Positions 20,859-31,228 of a stretch of DNA of 64,000 bases are shown one piece after another (the stretch's first letter is position 1; every line of letters starts with the position of its first letter). Origin of the DNA: an uncultured Bacillota bacterium. GTDB taxonomy: Bacteria; Sysuimicrobiota; Sysuimicrobiia; Sysuimicrobiales; Segetimicrobiaceae. A model generated the notes under the pieces. That model was given only the letters and a program-made list of their open reading frames with translations. It did not search any database and was not told the DNA's origin. The position numbers and the translations under genes are program-made. The stretch covers positions 96,001-160,000 of the forward strand of contig CAWDRG010000004.1 of NCBI GenBank assembly GCA_963804645.1. Reading direction: 5' to 3'.

Positions 20859-23800
20859 TCGTGGGGCCGCGCGCGGGCCGTTTGATCAGCTCGGCCTCGG
20901 CCTGCCCGTGGATGCCGAGGGTGCGCCGCCGGCGGAGCCCGAGGCCGTTCCCGATACCGCGGATGTGCCGCGCCAGGTCGACACCCGCGTGGAGCGTGCC
21001 GCGCGATTGGCCGGCGTCGCCGTGGCGGAACCGCTGGCACCGTCGGGACGGGACCTGCTCGCGCCCGCCGAGGGGGTGTTGGACGGCCTCACGGAGGAGC
21101 AGCGCGACGCGGTGACCCATGGGGACGGTCCGCTGCTCATCGTGGCCGGCGCCGGAACGGGGAAGACGACCGTCCTGACCCGACGTATCGGCCACTTGAT
21201 CACGACGCGCGCCGCGCGTCCCGAGCAGGTGCTGGCGCTGACGTTCACCGACCGCGCGGCCGCCGAGATGGAGGAGCGGGTCGACCGGCTCGTCCCGTAC
21301 GGTTACACGCAGGCGTGGATCAGCACGTTTCACGCCTTCGGGGACCGGGTGCTGCGCGAGCACGCGCTCGACCTCGGGCTCCCGCCGGACTTTCGCGTGC
21401 TCAACCGGGCCGAGCAGGCGATCTTCATTCGGGAGCGGCTGTTCGAGTTTCCGCTCGATCATTTTCGTCCGCTCGGGGACCCGGCCCGCTACGTCGGCGC
21501 GCTCATCGCGCTGATCAGCCGCGCAAAGGACGAAGACGTCTCGCCGGACGAGTACGCGGTGTACGCGGACCGCCTGACCGCGGAGGCCGCGGCGGCCCCG
21601 GACGACGCGGTGCTCGCGGAGCGCGCCCGGCAGCAGCGGGAGCTCGCCGCGGCGTACCGCACGTACCAGGATCTCTTGGCCAAGGAAGGGCGCCTGGACT
21701 TCGGGGACCTGATCACGCTGACCGTCCGGCTGCTGCGCCAGCACCCGGCGGCGCTTGCGCGCTACCGGGAGCAGTTCCACCACATCCTCGTAGACGAGTT
21801 CCAAGACACCAACTACGCGCAGTTCGAGCTGGTGAAGCTGCTCGCCGGCACCCGGCGCAACCTCACCGTGGTCGCCGACGACGACCAGGCGATCTACCGC
21901 TTCCGCGGCGCGTCCTACAGCAACATCACGTACTTTACCGAGGCATACGCGGACGCGCGGACGGTCGTGCTGACCCGGAACTACCGGTCGACCCAGTTCA
22001 TCCTCGACGCGGCGTACCGGCTGATCCGCCACAACGATCCGGACCGGCTCGAGGTCCGCATCGGGATCGACAAGCGCCTCCACGCCGTCGCGGGGCCCGG
22101 CGTGCTGCCCCGCCACCTGCACTACGACTCGCTCGGCGCGGAGGCCGACGGGGTGGCCGACCGGATCGCGGAGCGCGTCGCCGCGGGCGCCTGGCGGTAC
22201 CGGGATGTCGCGATCCTGGTGCGGGGCAACAAGGACGCCGATCCGTTCCTCCGCGCGCTCAACCTGCGCGGCATCCCGCACCTGTTCTCCGGGACGCGCG
22301 GCCTGTACGACCGCGAGGAGATCCGCCTCGTGACGTCGTTCCTGCGCGCGCTCGCCCATCCCGACGACAGCCTGTCGCTGTACCATCTCAGCGCGTCCGC
22401 GCTGTACGAGTTTCCGTCGGCGGATCTGGCCGCGTGCATGAGCTACGCCAGCCGGAAGCACCGGTCGCTCGGACACGTGTACCGCCACCTCGACCGGATC
22501 GAGGACCTCGGGCTCACGCGCGACGGGCGAGCGGCCGCGGTGAAGATCGTGGACGACCTCGACGCGATGGCCCGCCTCGCGCCGCGCTACCCCACCGGGC
22601 GCGTGCTGTACGAATATTTGGTGAACCGCACGGAGTACATCGGACGGCTCGCGTCGTCCGAACGCCCCGAGGACGAGCAGAAGGTCGCCAACATCGCGAG
22701 GTTCTTCGACATCGTCGCGCGGTTCGGTGATGTGGCGCCGGTCGACCGTGTCCCGGCGTTCGTCGCGTACCTCGACCTCTTGATCGACGCCGGGGACGAT
22801 CCGCCGACCGCCGAGGCCGAATCCGACGCGGACGCGGTGCGGGTGCTCACGATCCACAAGGCCAAGGGCCTGGAGTTTCCTGTGGTGTTCCTCGTCAGCC
22901 TCGTGACCGACAAGTTTCCGTCGCGGGGACGGCGCGATCCGCTGCCGCTGCCGGACGCGCTGATGAAGGACCTGCTGCCGAGCGGGGATTTCCACGTCGA
23001 GGAGGAGCGGCGGCTGTGCTACGTCGGGCTGACGCGCGCCGGGCGGGAGCTGTTTCTGACGAGCGGCACGGACTACGGCGGCGCGCGGCCGCGGAAGGTG
23101 AGCCGGTTCGTGCTGGAAGCGCTCGACGTGCCGCGCGCGGCACCCGAGCCGGTCCGCGCGTCCGCGGTCCAGGCGGTGGAGCGCCATGCGCCTCCGGCGG
23201 AGCCGGACGCGCCCACGCTGATCCCGCTCGACCAGGACGCCGTGCTGCAGCTGTCGTTCCGGCAGGTCGACGACTACATGACCTGCCCCTACAAGTACCG
23301 GTACATCCATCTCCTGCGCGTGCCCGTGCTGCGGAACCACCAGGTCGCCTACGGGTCGGCGCTGCACGAGGCCGTCCAGGAGTACAACCGGCGCAAGGCG
23401 CGGCACCAGCCGGTGACCGCCGATGACCTCGTGGCCCACTTCGAGCGCGCGTGGGTGAACGAGGGGTTTCTCAGCCGGGAGCACGAAGACCAGCGCATGG
23501 AGGCCGGCCGGGAGGCGGTCCGACGGTTCTTCGCGTATCAGGAGGCGAGCGGGACCGTGCCGACCTTCGTCGAGCGCGAGTTCCGGTTCGCGGTCGGCCA
23601 AAACGTCCTGCGGGGGCGGTGGGACCGCGTGGACGTGCGGGGCAGCGAGGTCGTGATCATCGATTTCAAGAGCACCGACGTGCGGGCGGAGCGGGACGCG
23701 GACCGCCGCGCGAAGGACAGCGAGCAGCTGTCGATCTACGCGCTGGCGTACGAGGCGGTGTTCGGGCGGCAGCCGGATCGGGTCGAGCTGCATTTCCTCG

Positions 23801-23985
23801 GGCGCGAGGTGGTTGTGGGGCACGCGCGGAAGACAGAAGCGGACCTCGAGGCCGTGCGCACGATGATCCTCGAGGCCGCGGCCGGGATCCGCGCGCAGCG
23901 GTTCATCGCGACGCCGGATCCATACCGCGCGTGTCCGTACTGTGCGTTCAACCAAATCTGTCCGTTTACGGCGGCGGCCACATGA
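20851..23985 (+). CDS. UvrD/PcrA-type SF1 helicase fused to a C-terminal PD-(D/E)XK nuclease with a 4-Cys motif
   Basis: AGAGTGKT, VDEFQD, NYRS, TIHKAKGLEF, YVGLTRA; then CP, RGRWDRVD..IIDFKS, QLSIY, CPYCAFNQIC. Confidence 0.92.
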   Translation: MSNRGAARGPFDQLGLGLPVDAEGAPPAEPEAVPDTADVPRQVDTRVERAARLAGVAVAEPLAPSGRDLLAPAEGVLDGLTEEQRDAVTHGDGPLLIVAGAGTGKTTVLTRRIGHLITTRAARPEQVLALTFTDRAAAEMEERVDRLVPYGYTQAWISTFHAFGDRVLREHALDLGLPPDFRVLNRAEQAIFIRERLFEFPLDHFRPLGDPARYVGALIALISRAKDEDVSPDEYAVYADRLTAEAAAAPDDAVLAERARQQRELAAAYRTYQDLLAKEGRLDFGDLITLTVRLLRQHPAALARYREQFHHILVDEFQDTNYAQFELVKLLAGTRRNLTVVADDDQAIYRFRGASYSNITYFTEAYADARTVVLTRNYRSTQFILDAAYRLIRHNDPDRLEVRIGIDKRLHAVAGPGVLPRHLHYDSLGAEADGVADRIAERVAAGAWRYRDVAILVRGNKDADPFLRALNLRGIPHLFSGTRGLYDREEIRLVTSFLRALAHPDDSLSLYHLSASALYEFPSADLAACMSYASRKHRSLGHVYRHLDRIEDLGLTRDGRAAAVKIVDDLDAMARLAPRYPTGRVLYEYLVNRTEYIGRLASSERPEDEQKVANIARFFDIVARFGDVAPVDRVPAFVAYLDLLIDAGDDPPTAEAESDADAVRVLTIHKAKGLEFPVVFLVSLVTDKFPSRGRRDPLPLPDALMKDLLPSGDFHVEEERRLCYVGLTRAGRELFLTSGTDYGGARPRKVSRFVLEALDVPRAAPEPVRASAVQAVERHAPPAEPDAPTLIPLDQDAVLQLSFRQVDDYMTCPYKYRYIHLLRVPVLRNHQVAYGSALHEAVQEYNRRKARHQPVTADDLVAHFERAWVNEGFLSREHEDQRMEAGREAVRRFFAYQEASGTVPTFVEREFRFAVGQNVLRGRWDRVDVRGSEVVIIDFKSTDVRAERDADRRAKDSEQLSIYALAYEAVFGRQPDRVELHFLGREVVVGHARKTEADLEAVRTMILEAAAGIRAQRFIATPDPYRACPYCAFNQICPFTAAAT

Positions 23986-25133
23986 GCGTTCGGATCCTGC
24001 ATACCTCAGACGTGCACCTCGGCGCGACGTTCAAAATGCTCGGCGCGCGCGGACGGGAGCAGCACAAGCAGCTCCAGCAGACGTTCGCGAACGTCGTCTC
24101 GCTGGCGATCCAGGAGCGCGTCGACGTGGTGCTGATCGCCGGCGACCTGTTCGACTCCGTCGCCGCGGCCCGCACCGAGGCCGGATTTGCCGGGGCGCAG
24201 TTCGAGCGCCTCGGGGCCGCGGACATTCCGATCTGCGCGATCGCCGGGAACCACGATCCGCTGGACGAGGGCAGCGCCGGGCTGTGGCGCGACCTCGAAG
24301 CGCGCCATCCGCACCTGCGGGTGTTCGGGCCCGATCTCGAGGTGCGGACGCTGCGCGAGCGGGATGTGACGATCGTGGGGCGGTCCGCCGCGCACCGCGT
24401 GTCCGCACGGAGCCCGCTCACCGGCCCGTCGGCTCGGGCGGGCGGCGTCCCGGCGCCTCGGACGACCAAGTACCTGGTCGGGGTATTTCACGGCAGCGTC
24501 CAGCGCCCCGACTTCGAGTCGAAGTTCGGCCTGATCACGCCGGAAGAGATCGCGGCGAGCGGCCTCGACTATCTCGCGCTCGGCGATTGGCACTCGGCGC
24601 TCGACGTCTCGTCGGGCGGCGTTACCGCGTGGTACAGCGGGGCGCCCGAGATGATCGACGTCGATGAGAGCGCGTCCGGCAACGTGCTGCTGGTGACCCT
24701 CAGGGCGCCCGGGCGCGCCGAGGTCGAACGGCGGCGCGTCGGCCGGCGCCGCGCCGCGCGCCTCGATCTCGATCTCGTCACCGCCGGCGGGGCGGCCGGG
24801 GTGGAGCGGGCGATTCGGGAGCGCGCGGATACCGACCTTGCGCTTCAGGTGACGCTGTCGGGGCTGGTCGCCGTCGGGGAGCGGTTCGACGTCGCGCGGC
24901 TGCGGGAGGATCTGCGCTCGGAGTTCTTCCGGCTGGAGATCCGCGACGCCTCCCAAGTGCGCGCGGACGACGCGGATCTCGCGGAGTACCCCGAGGGCAC
25001 CATGCTCGGCCGGTTCGTCCGCCGGATGCGCGACGAGATCGCTGCGCGGCAGGGCGAGGAGCGCACCGTCGCGGAAGACGCGCTCGCCTATGGGGTGGCG
25101 CTGCTGCAGGGTCGGACGGGGGTCCTCGGATGA
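23982..25133 (+). CDS. SbcD/Mre11-like metallophosphoesterase nuclease
   Basis: HTSDVHLG, AGDLFD, GNHD, ALGDWH motifs. Confidence 0.92.
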   Translation: MSVRILHTSDVHLGATFKMLGARGREQHKQLQQTFANVVSLAIQERVDVVLIAGDLFDSVAAARTEAGFAGAQFERLGAADIPICAIAGNHDPLDEGSAGLWRDLEARHPHLRVFGPDLEVRTLRERDVTIVGRSAAHRVSARSPLTGPSARAGGVPAPRTTKYLVGVFHGSVQRPDFESKFGLITPEEIAASGLDYLALGDWHSALDVSSGGVTAWYSGAPEMIDVDESASGNVLLVTLRAPGRAEVERRRVGRRRAARLDLDLVTAGGAAGVERAIRERADTDLALQVTLSGLVAVGERFDVARLREDLRSEFFRLEIRDASQVRADDADLAEYPEGTMLGRFVRRMRDEIAARQGEERTVAEDALAYGVALLQGRTGVLG

Positions 25134-27280
25134 TCATCCGGCGGCTGCGTGTGCGGCGGTTCCGCAAGCTCGTCGACCAGGACTTCGTGTGCGGGCCCGG
25201 ACTGAACGTGGTGCGCGGGCCGAACGACGCCGGAAAATCGACGCTGCACCTGGCGTTCTCCGCCGCGCTGTTCCCGTCGCTGCCGCGGGAAGTGAAGTCC
25301 TACGGACCGTGGGGCGAGGATCATCCCGGCGAGATCTCGGTGGAGTTCGAAAGCGACGGCGACACGTTCCGCCTGCGGAAGGACTTCGCCGGGCGCAAGA
25401 TCGTCCTCGAGAGCAGCCGGGAGACGCTCGAGGTCCCCAAGCTGATCGAGGCGCGCATCGGCGAGCTCGTCGGGGTGTCGAGCGTGAACCTGTTCCGGTC
25501 GACGCTGCACATCGGCCAGTGGGAGCTCAGCGCGCTCGATGAAGGGGCGCAGCGCGAGATCGGCAGCCGGCTCTCGCGGATCGTCACGGGCGGAGACACG
25601 GATGGGGTGCGCGTCCTGAGCGATCTCGAGAAGTACATCGCGGAGCAGGAAGTGGGGCTGACGCGCCCCGCGAAGAACCCCGGGCCCCTGAAGCGCGAGC
25701 ACGACGAACTCGCGAGGCTCGCGGAGCTGCGGTCGCGCCTCTCGGGCGAGGTCCAGGACACGGAGCGGGCGGCCGCCGAGCGCGACCGCCTCGCGGAGCG
25801 CTGCGCCGAGGAGGACAGTCAGGTGCGCGCCGACGAGGCCCTCGCGGAGGCCAACCGGCGCCTGCGCGAGGTCGACCAGCAGTGCGAGGTGCTCTCCCGC
25901 CGCGCCGAGGAACTGCAGGCGGGGCTCGCGCAGGCCGACGCGGCGTCGAACGAGCTGGCCGCGGCGGTGACGGAGGTGGAGTCGCTGGAGCCCGCACCGG
26001 ACCCTGCCGCGGCGGAGGCCCTCCGCGCCGGCGTGGTGCGTGAGAAGCTGCTGCAGGAGGCGATGGACGAGGCCGAAGAGGCGGCGCGGCTCGTGATCGG
26101 GGACCGGCCGGGGCGCAGCGCGCTGGCGTCGTCGGCGCCGCGGCCGGCGTGGGCGGTGTTCGGTTTGGTGGCCGCCGGGGCCGCCATGGCGGTCGGGCTG
26201 ACGCTGCTGCTCACCGGCCACGCGTACTGGGGCACGGCGACCGTCCTCGGCGGGGCGCTGCTTGCGGTCATCATCGGATTCGCGGCATGGGCGAGCGTCA
26301 CCGAGGGCCGGTACCGCGAGCGCGCGGACGCTGCGGAGAAGACACTCGCGGCCAGGCGCCGCGACGTAGAGGATGCGGCCGAGACGACGCGCGCGCAGCT
26401 GATGGCGCTCGGGGCGACGTCGGTGGCCGACGCGCTGGGACGGGCCGCGCGTGCCGAGGAGGCGCGGCAGAAGCGCGACGCCGCCCAGCGGGTGCTCGAA
26501 GGCCTCCAGCGCGGGCGCGACCGCGAGGCCATCACGAAAGAGCTGTCCCAGACCCTCGTCAACCTCGGGGTCGCCCGAACCGTGCGGGAGGACCCGGAGC
26601 TCGCGCTGAAGCGGCTGGATCCCGCGGCCTACCAGCGCCTCGGGGGCGAGGCGAAGCAGCGGCGCGAGGGGTTGGAGCGGATGAAGCGCGACCTCCAGCG
26701 CCTCGAGGGGCGCCTCGCCATGCAGTCCCGGTACTCGGATCTCGCGGCGGTGGAGGAGCAGATCGCCGAGCTCGAGGCGCGCGCCGCGCGCCGGGCGCGC
26801 CAGATGAACGCGCTGCGCTTGGCCCGCAACGTCCTCGACGCCGCCCACCGCGAGACGGTGGTGTCGGGGAAGGCCGTGCTCGAGGAGCACGCCGGCCGCT
26901 ATCTCCGGGAGCTGTCCGGCGGGGCCTACGAGCGCATCCAGGTGGACGAGCAGACGCTGGCTCCTCGGGTGTGGGTCGGCGGGCCGAAGGAGTGGGCGGA
27001 CGTCGAAGCCCGCGAGGTCGGCAGCGCGGGCGTGCACCAGTGCTATCTGGCACTGCGCCTTGCGCTGGTCGACGTGCTCTACGGCGACCGGAAGCCTCCG
27101 CTGTTTCTGGACGATCCGTTCCTGGCGTACGATGCGGACCGCCAGGCCTCCGCGATCACGTGCCTGCAGGCCATCGCGCGCGACCGGCAGATCTTCTTGT
27201 TTACGTGCCGCGACGCGTACGACGCGGCGGCAGACCGTCTGATCGTGCTGGGCGGCGGGGAGCGGGTCCCGGCGGGGTAA
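25130..27280 (+). CDS. Rad50/SbcC-like (YhaN-type) coiled-coil ABC ATPase with two central hydrophobic helices
   Basis: GPNDAGKST Walker A, coiled coils, SAG..Q.YLALRLAL signature region, LFLDDPF Walker B. Confidence 0.85.
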   Translation: MIIRRLRVRRFRKLVDQDFVCGPGLNVVRGPNDAGKSTLHLAFSAALFPSLPREVKSYGPWGEDHPGEISVEFESDGDTFRLRKDFAGRKIVLESSRETLEVPKLIEARIGELVGVSSVNLFRSTLHIGQWELSALDEGAQREIGSRLSRIVTGGDTDGVRVLSDLEKYIAEQEVGLTRPAKNPGPLKREHDELARLAELRSRLSGEVQDTERAAAERDRLAERCAEEDSQVRADEALAEANRRLREVDQQCEVLSRRAEELQAGLAQADAASNELAAAVTEVESLEPAPDPAAAEALRAGVVREKLLQEAMDEAEEAARLVIGDRPGRSALASSAPRPAWAVFGLVAAGAAMAVGLTLLLTGHAYWGTATVLGGALLAVIIGFAAWASVTEGRYRERADAAEKTLAARRRDVEDAAETTRAQLMALGATSVADALGRAARAEEARQKRDAAQRVLEGLQRGRDREAITKELSQTLVNLGVARTVREDPELALKRLDPAAYQRLGGEAKQRREGLERMKRDLQRLEGRLAMQSRYSDLAAVEEQIAELEARAARRARQMNALRLARNVLDAAHRETVVSGKAVLEEHAGRYLRELSGGAYERIQVDEQTLAPRVWVGGPKEWADVEAREVGSAGVHQCYLALRLALVDVLYGDRKPPLFLDDPFLAYDADRQASAITCLQAIARDRQIFLFTCRDAYDAAADRLIVLGGGERVPAG

Positions 27281-27334
27281 CGGCAGCTCCATTCCCGCGC
27301 CGTTTCGGCGCGGTGGAATGACGGACGTCGTTCG

Positions 27335-28060
27335 CTATCGCGAGGCGAGCACCCGGATGTCGGTGACCAGGTCGTTCGGGTCGAAGTTCCCCGGCAGGAA
27401 GAGCGTGATCTTACCCGAGGGATCAATCACGTAGACGATCGCGGTGTGCCCGACCTGGTCGGGTGTGGGCGCGGCCGCGGCCGACGCCGCGGGGTTGACC
27501 TCCTTGGCATCGCTGCCCACGTAATAGTGGGCCCACACCGGCTGAAGCTGGGCGAACGTCCCCCGCAGGTACGTCAGTTCTCCGCGCACGTGGTGGGCGT
27601 CCAAGAACCCCCGCACGGCCTCGGGCGTGTCGCCGTTCGGGTCGACGCTGACCGCGAGGAACGCGGTGTGGGCCGCGGTCGGGCCCAACTGCTCGTAGGT
27701 GTGGTGTAACGCGTCGGCGATCAACGGGCACACGTCCGGGCAGTGCGCGTAGAGAAACGTCATCACGACGACTTTCCCGCGGGAGTCGGAGAGGGAGACC
27801 GCCCGGCCGTCCTGGTCGGGCAGCCGGAAGTCGTACGCCGCGATCGGGGGGTTCAGGAGCGCGCCGGCGAGCGCCGGCGGCGCAAACCGGGACCGCAGGG
27901 TGGCGCCGGTGGCCGCCACCGCGGCCGCGACGACGACCGCCAAGGCGACGTACAGCCAGCGGCTGTCTCGGCGGGGCTCCTGTGCTGCGGGTGGGGTCTC
28001 GGACGGAGCGCCCTCGGGGGCCGCCCCGCCGGGTTCTGGGCCGGTCGACAACGAGATCAC
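27335..28060 (-). CDS. SCO family copper chaperone
   Basis: N-terminal TM helix, CPDVCP (CxxxC), SVDP..DTP, conserved His (GHT). Confidence 0.92.
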   Translation of the reverse strand: MISLSTGPEPGGAAPEGAPSETPPAAQEPRRDSRWLYVALAVVVAAAVAATGATLRSRFAPPALAGALLNPPIAAYDFRLPDQDGRAVSLSDSRGKVVVMTFLYAHCPDVCPLIADALHHTYEQLGPTAAHTAFLAVSVDPNGDTPEAVRGFLDAHHVRGELTYLRGTFAQLQPVWAHYYVGSDAKEVNPAASAAAAPTPDQVGHTAIVYVIDPSGKITLFLPGNFDPNDLVTDIRVLASR

Positions 28061-28202
28061 CTCTTTCTGAGTTCACGCTAACAAGCGTTGCCGCGGGGTG
28101 TCAAGGCGCGGTCGGGCGAGCGGGCCCGTCCGAAACCCACGCCGGTTCGCGGCCTGGCACGAGGCTGGAGCGGTCCGGGAGCCGGCGCCGTTTCCGCCGC
28201 CA

Positions 28203-28232
28203 TTGACCCCCTCCGGTCGCGCAGGATACAAT
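28203..28232 (+). promoter_or_regulatory. sigma70-type promoter for rny
   Basis: TTGACC-N18-TACAAT. A divergent TTGACA for SCO lies at 28099-28104 on the minus strand. Confidence 0.55.
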
Positions 28233-28335
28233 AATGTGTGACATTGTGTTAAATATCGCAGCAGAGAGCCGGCCGGCAATTGCGGGCCGAGACGGAGGGG
28301 TCGCAGAGACGCAGCGGACCTGAGACAAAAGGGAG

Positions 28336-29895
28336 GTGACCACCACGAGCGCCGTAGTGTATGTGCTGGCGGGCGCGGTCGGGTTGGCAGGTTTCCTCCT
28401 TGGTTACTTTCTGCGGAAGTTCGCCGGCGAGGCGAAGATTGGGACGGCGGAGACGGCGGCTCAGCGCATTCTGGAAGACGCGAGGGCCGAGGCGCACAGG
28501 GAGGCAGAACGGCAGCAGCGGGAAGCACTCCTGGAGGCCAAGGACGAGGCGTTTCGCCTCAAGCGGGACGCCGAACGCGAAATTCGGGATCAGCGGGCCG
28601 AAGTGCAGCGCCTGGAACGGCGGCTGGTTCAACGGGAAGAGAACCTCGACCGCAAGTTGGAGGCGCAGGAGAAACGGGAACAGACCCTCGCGCAGCGTGA
28701 GCAGGAGGTCGCCAAGGTTAGGAGCGACATCGAGGAAGTGCACCAAGCGGGTCGCGCGGAGTTGGAACGGGTCAGTGGGTTGACCGCGGAGCAGGCCCGA
28801 GGGGAACTGCTCCAGCGGGTCGAGGCGGAGTCCAGGCACGACGCGCTCCAAACGGCCCGAAAGATCGAAGCGGAAGTCAGAGACGACGCCGAGCGGCGGG
28901 CTCGTGAGATCCTGGCGCTCGCGATTCAGCGGTGCGCGGCGGATCACACCGCCGAAGTGACTGTGTCGGTGATTCCCCTGCCGAACGACGAGATGAAGGG
29001 GCGGATCATCGGACGCGAGGGGCGGAACATTCGTTCGCTCGAGAGCCTGACCGGTGTGGATTTCATCATCGATGACACCCCGGAGTCCGTGACGCTGTCG
29101 TCGTTTGATCCGATCCGGCGTGAGATCGCGAAGATGACGCTGGAGAAGCTGCTGGCCGACGGGCGCATTCACCCGGCCCGGATCGAAGAGATGGTCGAGA
29201 AGTCCCAGCGCGAGGTCGACGGCCGCATCCGGGAGGCCGGCGAGCGGGCGGCATTCGAGGCTGGGGTGCACGGTCTGCATCCCGAGGAGCTGAAGCTGCT
29301 CGGGCGTCTGAACTTCCGGTTCAGCTACGGGCAGAACCTCCTGCAGCATTCGATCGAGGTCGCGCTGCTCGCAGGCTTGATGGCGACGCAGCTGGGCGCC
29401 GATCCGGAGATCGCGCGCCGGGCGGGATTCGTGCACGACATCGGCAAGGCCCTCACCCACGAGGTCGAGGGGACCCACAGCGACATCGGCATGGATATCG
29501 CCCGGCGGTATCACGAGCCGCCCCAGGTGCTCAACGCGATCGCGTATCACCACGGCGACGCGGAGGCGGAGTGCGTGGAGGCGGTCCTCGTGGCGGCCGC
29601 GGACGCGATTTCGGCGTCCCGACCGGGGGCGCGCAAAGAAACCGTGGAGATGTACGTCAAGCGGCTGGAGAACCTGGAGCGGATCGCCACATCGTTCGTC
29701 GGCGTGGAGCGCGCGTACGCGATTCAGGCCGGGCGTGAGATCCGCGTGCTGGTCAGGCCGCTCGAGATCGACGATTCGAGTGCCGCGGTGCTGGCGCGGG
29801 CGATGGCCAAGAAGATCGAGGAAGAGCTCGAATACCCGGGGCAGATCAAGGTCACGGTGCTGCGCGAGACGCGCGCCATCGAATACGCCAAGTAG
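28336..29895 (+). CDS. rny: ribonuclease Y
   Basis: N-terminal TM, coiled coil, KH ([12 protein letters not shown]), HD domain (HDIGKA), SASRPGAR. Confidence 0.98.
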   Translation: MTTTSAVVYVLAGAVGLAGFLLGYFLRKFAGEAKIGTAETAAQRILEDARAEAHREAERQQREALLEAKDEAFRLKRDAEREIRDQRAEVQRLERRLVQREENLDRKLEAQEKREQTLAQREQEVAKVRSDIEEVHQAGRAELERVSGLTAEQARGELLQRVEAESRHDALQTARKIEAEVRDDAERRAREILALAIQRCAADHTAEVTVSVIPLPNDEMKGRIIGREGRNIRSLESLTGVDFIIDDTPESVTLSSFDPIRREIAKMTLEKLLADGRIHPARIEEMVEKSQREVDGRIREAGERAAFEAGVHGLHPEELKLLGRLNFRFSYGQNLLQHSIEVALLAGLMATQLGADPEIARRAGFVHDIGKALTHEVEGTHSDIGMDIARRYHEPPQVLNAIAYHHGDAEAECVEAVLVAAADAISASRPGARKETVEMYVKRLENLERIATSFVGVERAYAIQAGREIRVLVRPLEIDDSSAAVLARAMAKKIEEELEYPGQIKVTVLRETRAIEYAK

Positions 29896-29974
29896 TCGGG
29901 CACGGGACGTGCGCGGGCGGGGGATGGGCGGCGGCTCATCCCCCGACGCGTGCGTCGCGGAAAGGGAGCGGATC

Positions 29975-30763
29975 GTGCGGATTCTCTTCATCGGGGACGT
30001 CGTGGGGAAGCCGGGCCGGCGGATCGTCACCGCGCTCCTCCCCGCGCTGCGCCGGGAGGCCGGCGCGGACCTCGTGATCGCGAACGGCGAGAACTCGGCC
30101 GGTGGGTTCGGCATCACCCACGAGACGTTCGAAGACCTGCTCGCCGCGGGTGTCGACGTGGTCACCGGGGGCAACCATACCTGGCACGCCCGGGACAGCG
30201 CGGCGTTGCTCGACAGCGATCCGCGTCTGCTGCGTCCTGCCAACTACCCCGCGGGCACCCCGGGCCGCGGAGCCGGCGTCTTCCACACGAACGGCGTGCC
30301 GCCGGTGCCGGTCGGCGTGCTGAACCTTGAAGGGCGCGTCTTCATGCAGCCGCTCGCGTCGCCGTTCGAGCGGGGACGAGAGGAGGCCGCGCGGCTTCGT
30401 GCCGAGGCGGCGGTGGTGGTCGTCGACTTCCACGCCGAGGCCACGTCGGAGAAGATCGCGCTCGGGTGGTACCTGGACGGCCGCGTCTCGGCGGTGCTCG
30501 GCACGCACACGCACGTCCAGACCGCCGACGAACGGGTCCTGCCGGACGGCACCGCGTTCATCACGGACGTCGGCATGACGGGCCCGCGCGACTCGATCAT
30601 CGGCATGGCCCGGGAGGAAGTGCTTCAGCGGTTTCTGACCCTCCTGCCCGCGCGGTTCGAGGTCGCCGGGGGCCCGGCGCAGCTCAGCGCCGTGGTGGTC
30701 GACGTCAACGAGCAGACCGGCCGGGCGCGCGGGATCGAGCGGGTGAGCCGGACCCAGGCGTAG
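29975..30763 (+). CDS. ymdB: YmdB-like metallophosphoesterase
   Basis: ILFIGDVVG, NGEN, GNH, DFHAEATSEK, GTHTHVQTAD. Confidence 0.95.
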   Translation: MRILFIGDVVGKPGRRIVTALLPALRREAGADLVIANGENSAGGFGITHETFEDLLAAGVDVVTGGNHTWHARDSAALLDSDPRLLRPANYPAGTPGRGAGVFHTNGVPPVPVGVLNLEGRVFMQPLASPFERGREEAARLRAEAAVVVVDFHAEATSEKIALGWYLDGRVSAVLGTHTHVQTADERVLPDGTAFITDVGMTGPRDSIIGMAREEVLQRFLTLLPARFEVAGGPAQLSAVVVDVNEQTGRARGIERVSRTQA

Positions 30764-30858
30764 CCGGGGGCGGGCCGCCCCAGGAAGGGGGGCCGCCGCG
30801 GGGCCGGAGGCGGTGGGGGAGGGGAGGCGGGCATCCCCTCCGGCACGCCCGCCGGGGA

Positions 30859-30883
30859 AGGATTCCTGGAAATGCCCGCGAAG
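30859..30883 (+). promoter_or_regulatory. SigH-like promoter upstream of spoVS
   Basis: AGGA-N17-GAAG, close to the B. subtilis sigma-H consensus AGGA-N17-GAAT. Confidence 0.55.
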
Positions 30884-30957
30884 CAACCCAGTCCACCGGC
30901 GCCCGTGCCGGACAGACGCAGTCACAGCAATGGACGCCCCCGAGGAGGCTTGCGCGC

Positions 30958-31218
30958 ATGGACGTGCTCAAAGTAGCAGCCAAGTCGAACCCAACCGCAG
31001 TGGCCGGAGCCCTGGCCGGTGTCGTACGGGAGAAGGGCACGGCTGAACTCCAGGCGATCGGGGCCGCCGCGATCAACCAGGCCGTGAAGGCGATCGCGAT
31101 CGCGCGCGGCTATGTTGCTCCGGCCGGGATGGACCTGGTCTGCGTTCCCGCCTTTGCGGACGTGCAGATCGACGGGGAGGATCGAACCGCGATCAAGCTG
31201 ATCGTCTCCCCCCGATAG
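30958..31218 (+). CDS. spoVS: stage V sporulation protein S family
   Basis: MDVLKV..KSNP.AVAGA, QAIGA.AINQAVKAIAIARG. Confidence 0.96.
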   Translation: MDVLKVAAKSNPTAVAGALAGVVREKGTAELQAIGAAAINQAVKAIAIARGYVAPAGMDLVCVPAFADVQIDGEDRTAIKLIVSPR

Positions 31219-31228
31219 GAGCCCCCTC

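Noticed and set aside
20311..23955. Very long antisense and alternate-frame ORFs (e.g. 1214 aa here, 13192-15771, 31821-34574, 56497-58944)
   Set aside because: Shadow ORFs typical of high-GC DNA. They overlap well-supported genes and are Arg/Pro/Gly-rich with no motifs.
28233..28256. CRP/Rex-like site downstream of the rny -10
   Set aside because: Only one TGTGA half-site; no convincing palindrome.
30815..30845. GGAGGGGA...TCCCCTCC matching the selC acceptor stem
   Set aside because: A local hairpin with an 8-nt loop, upstream of selC and with no T arm, so not the missing tRNA half.
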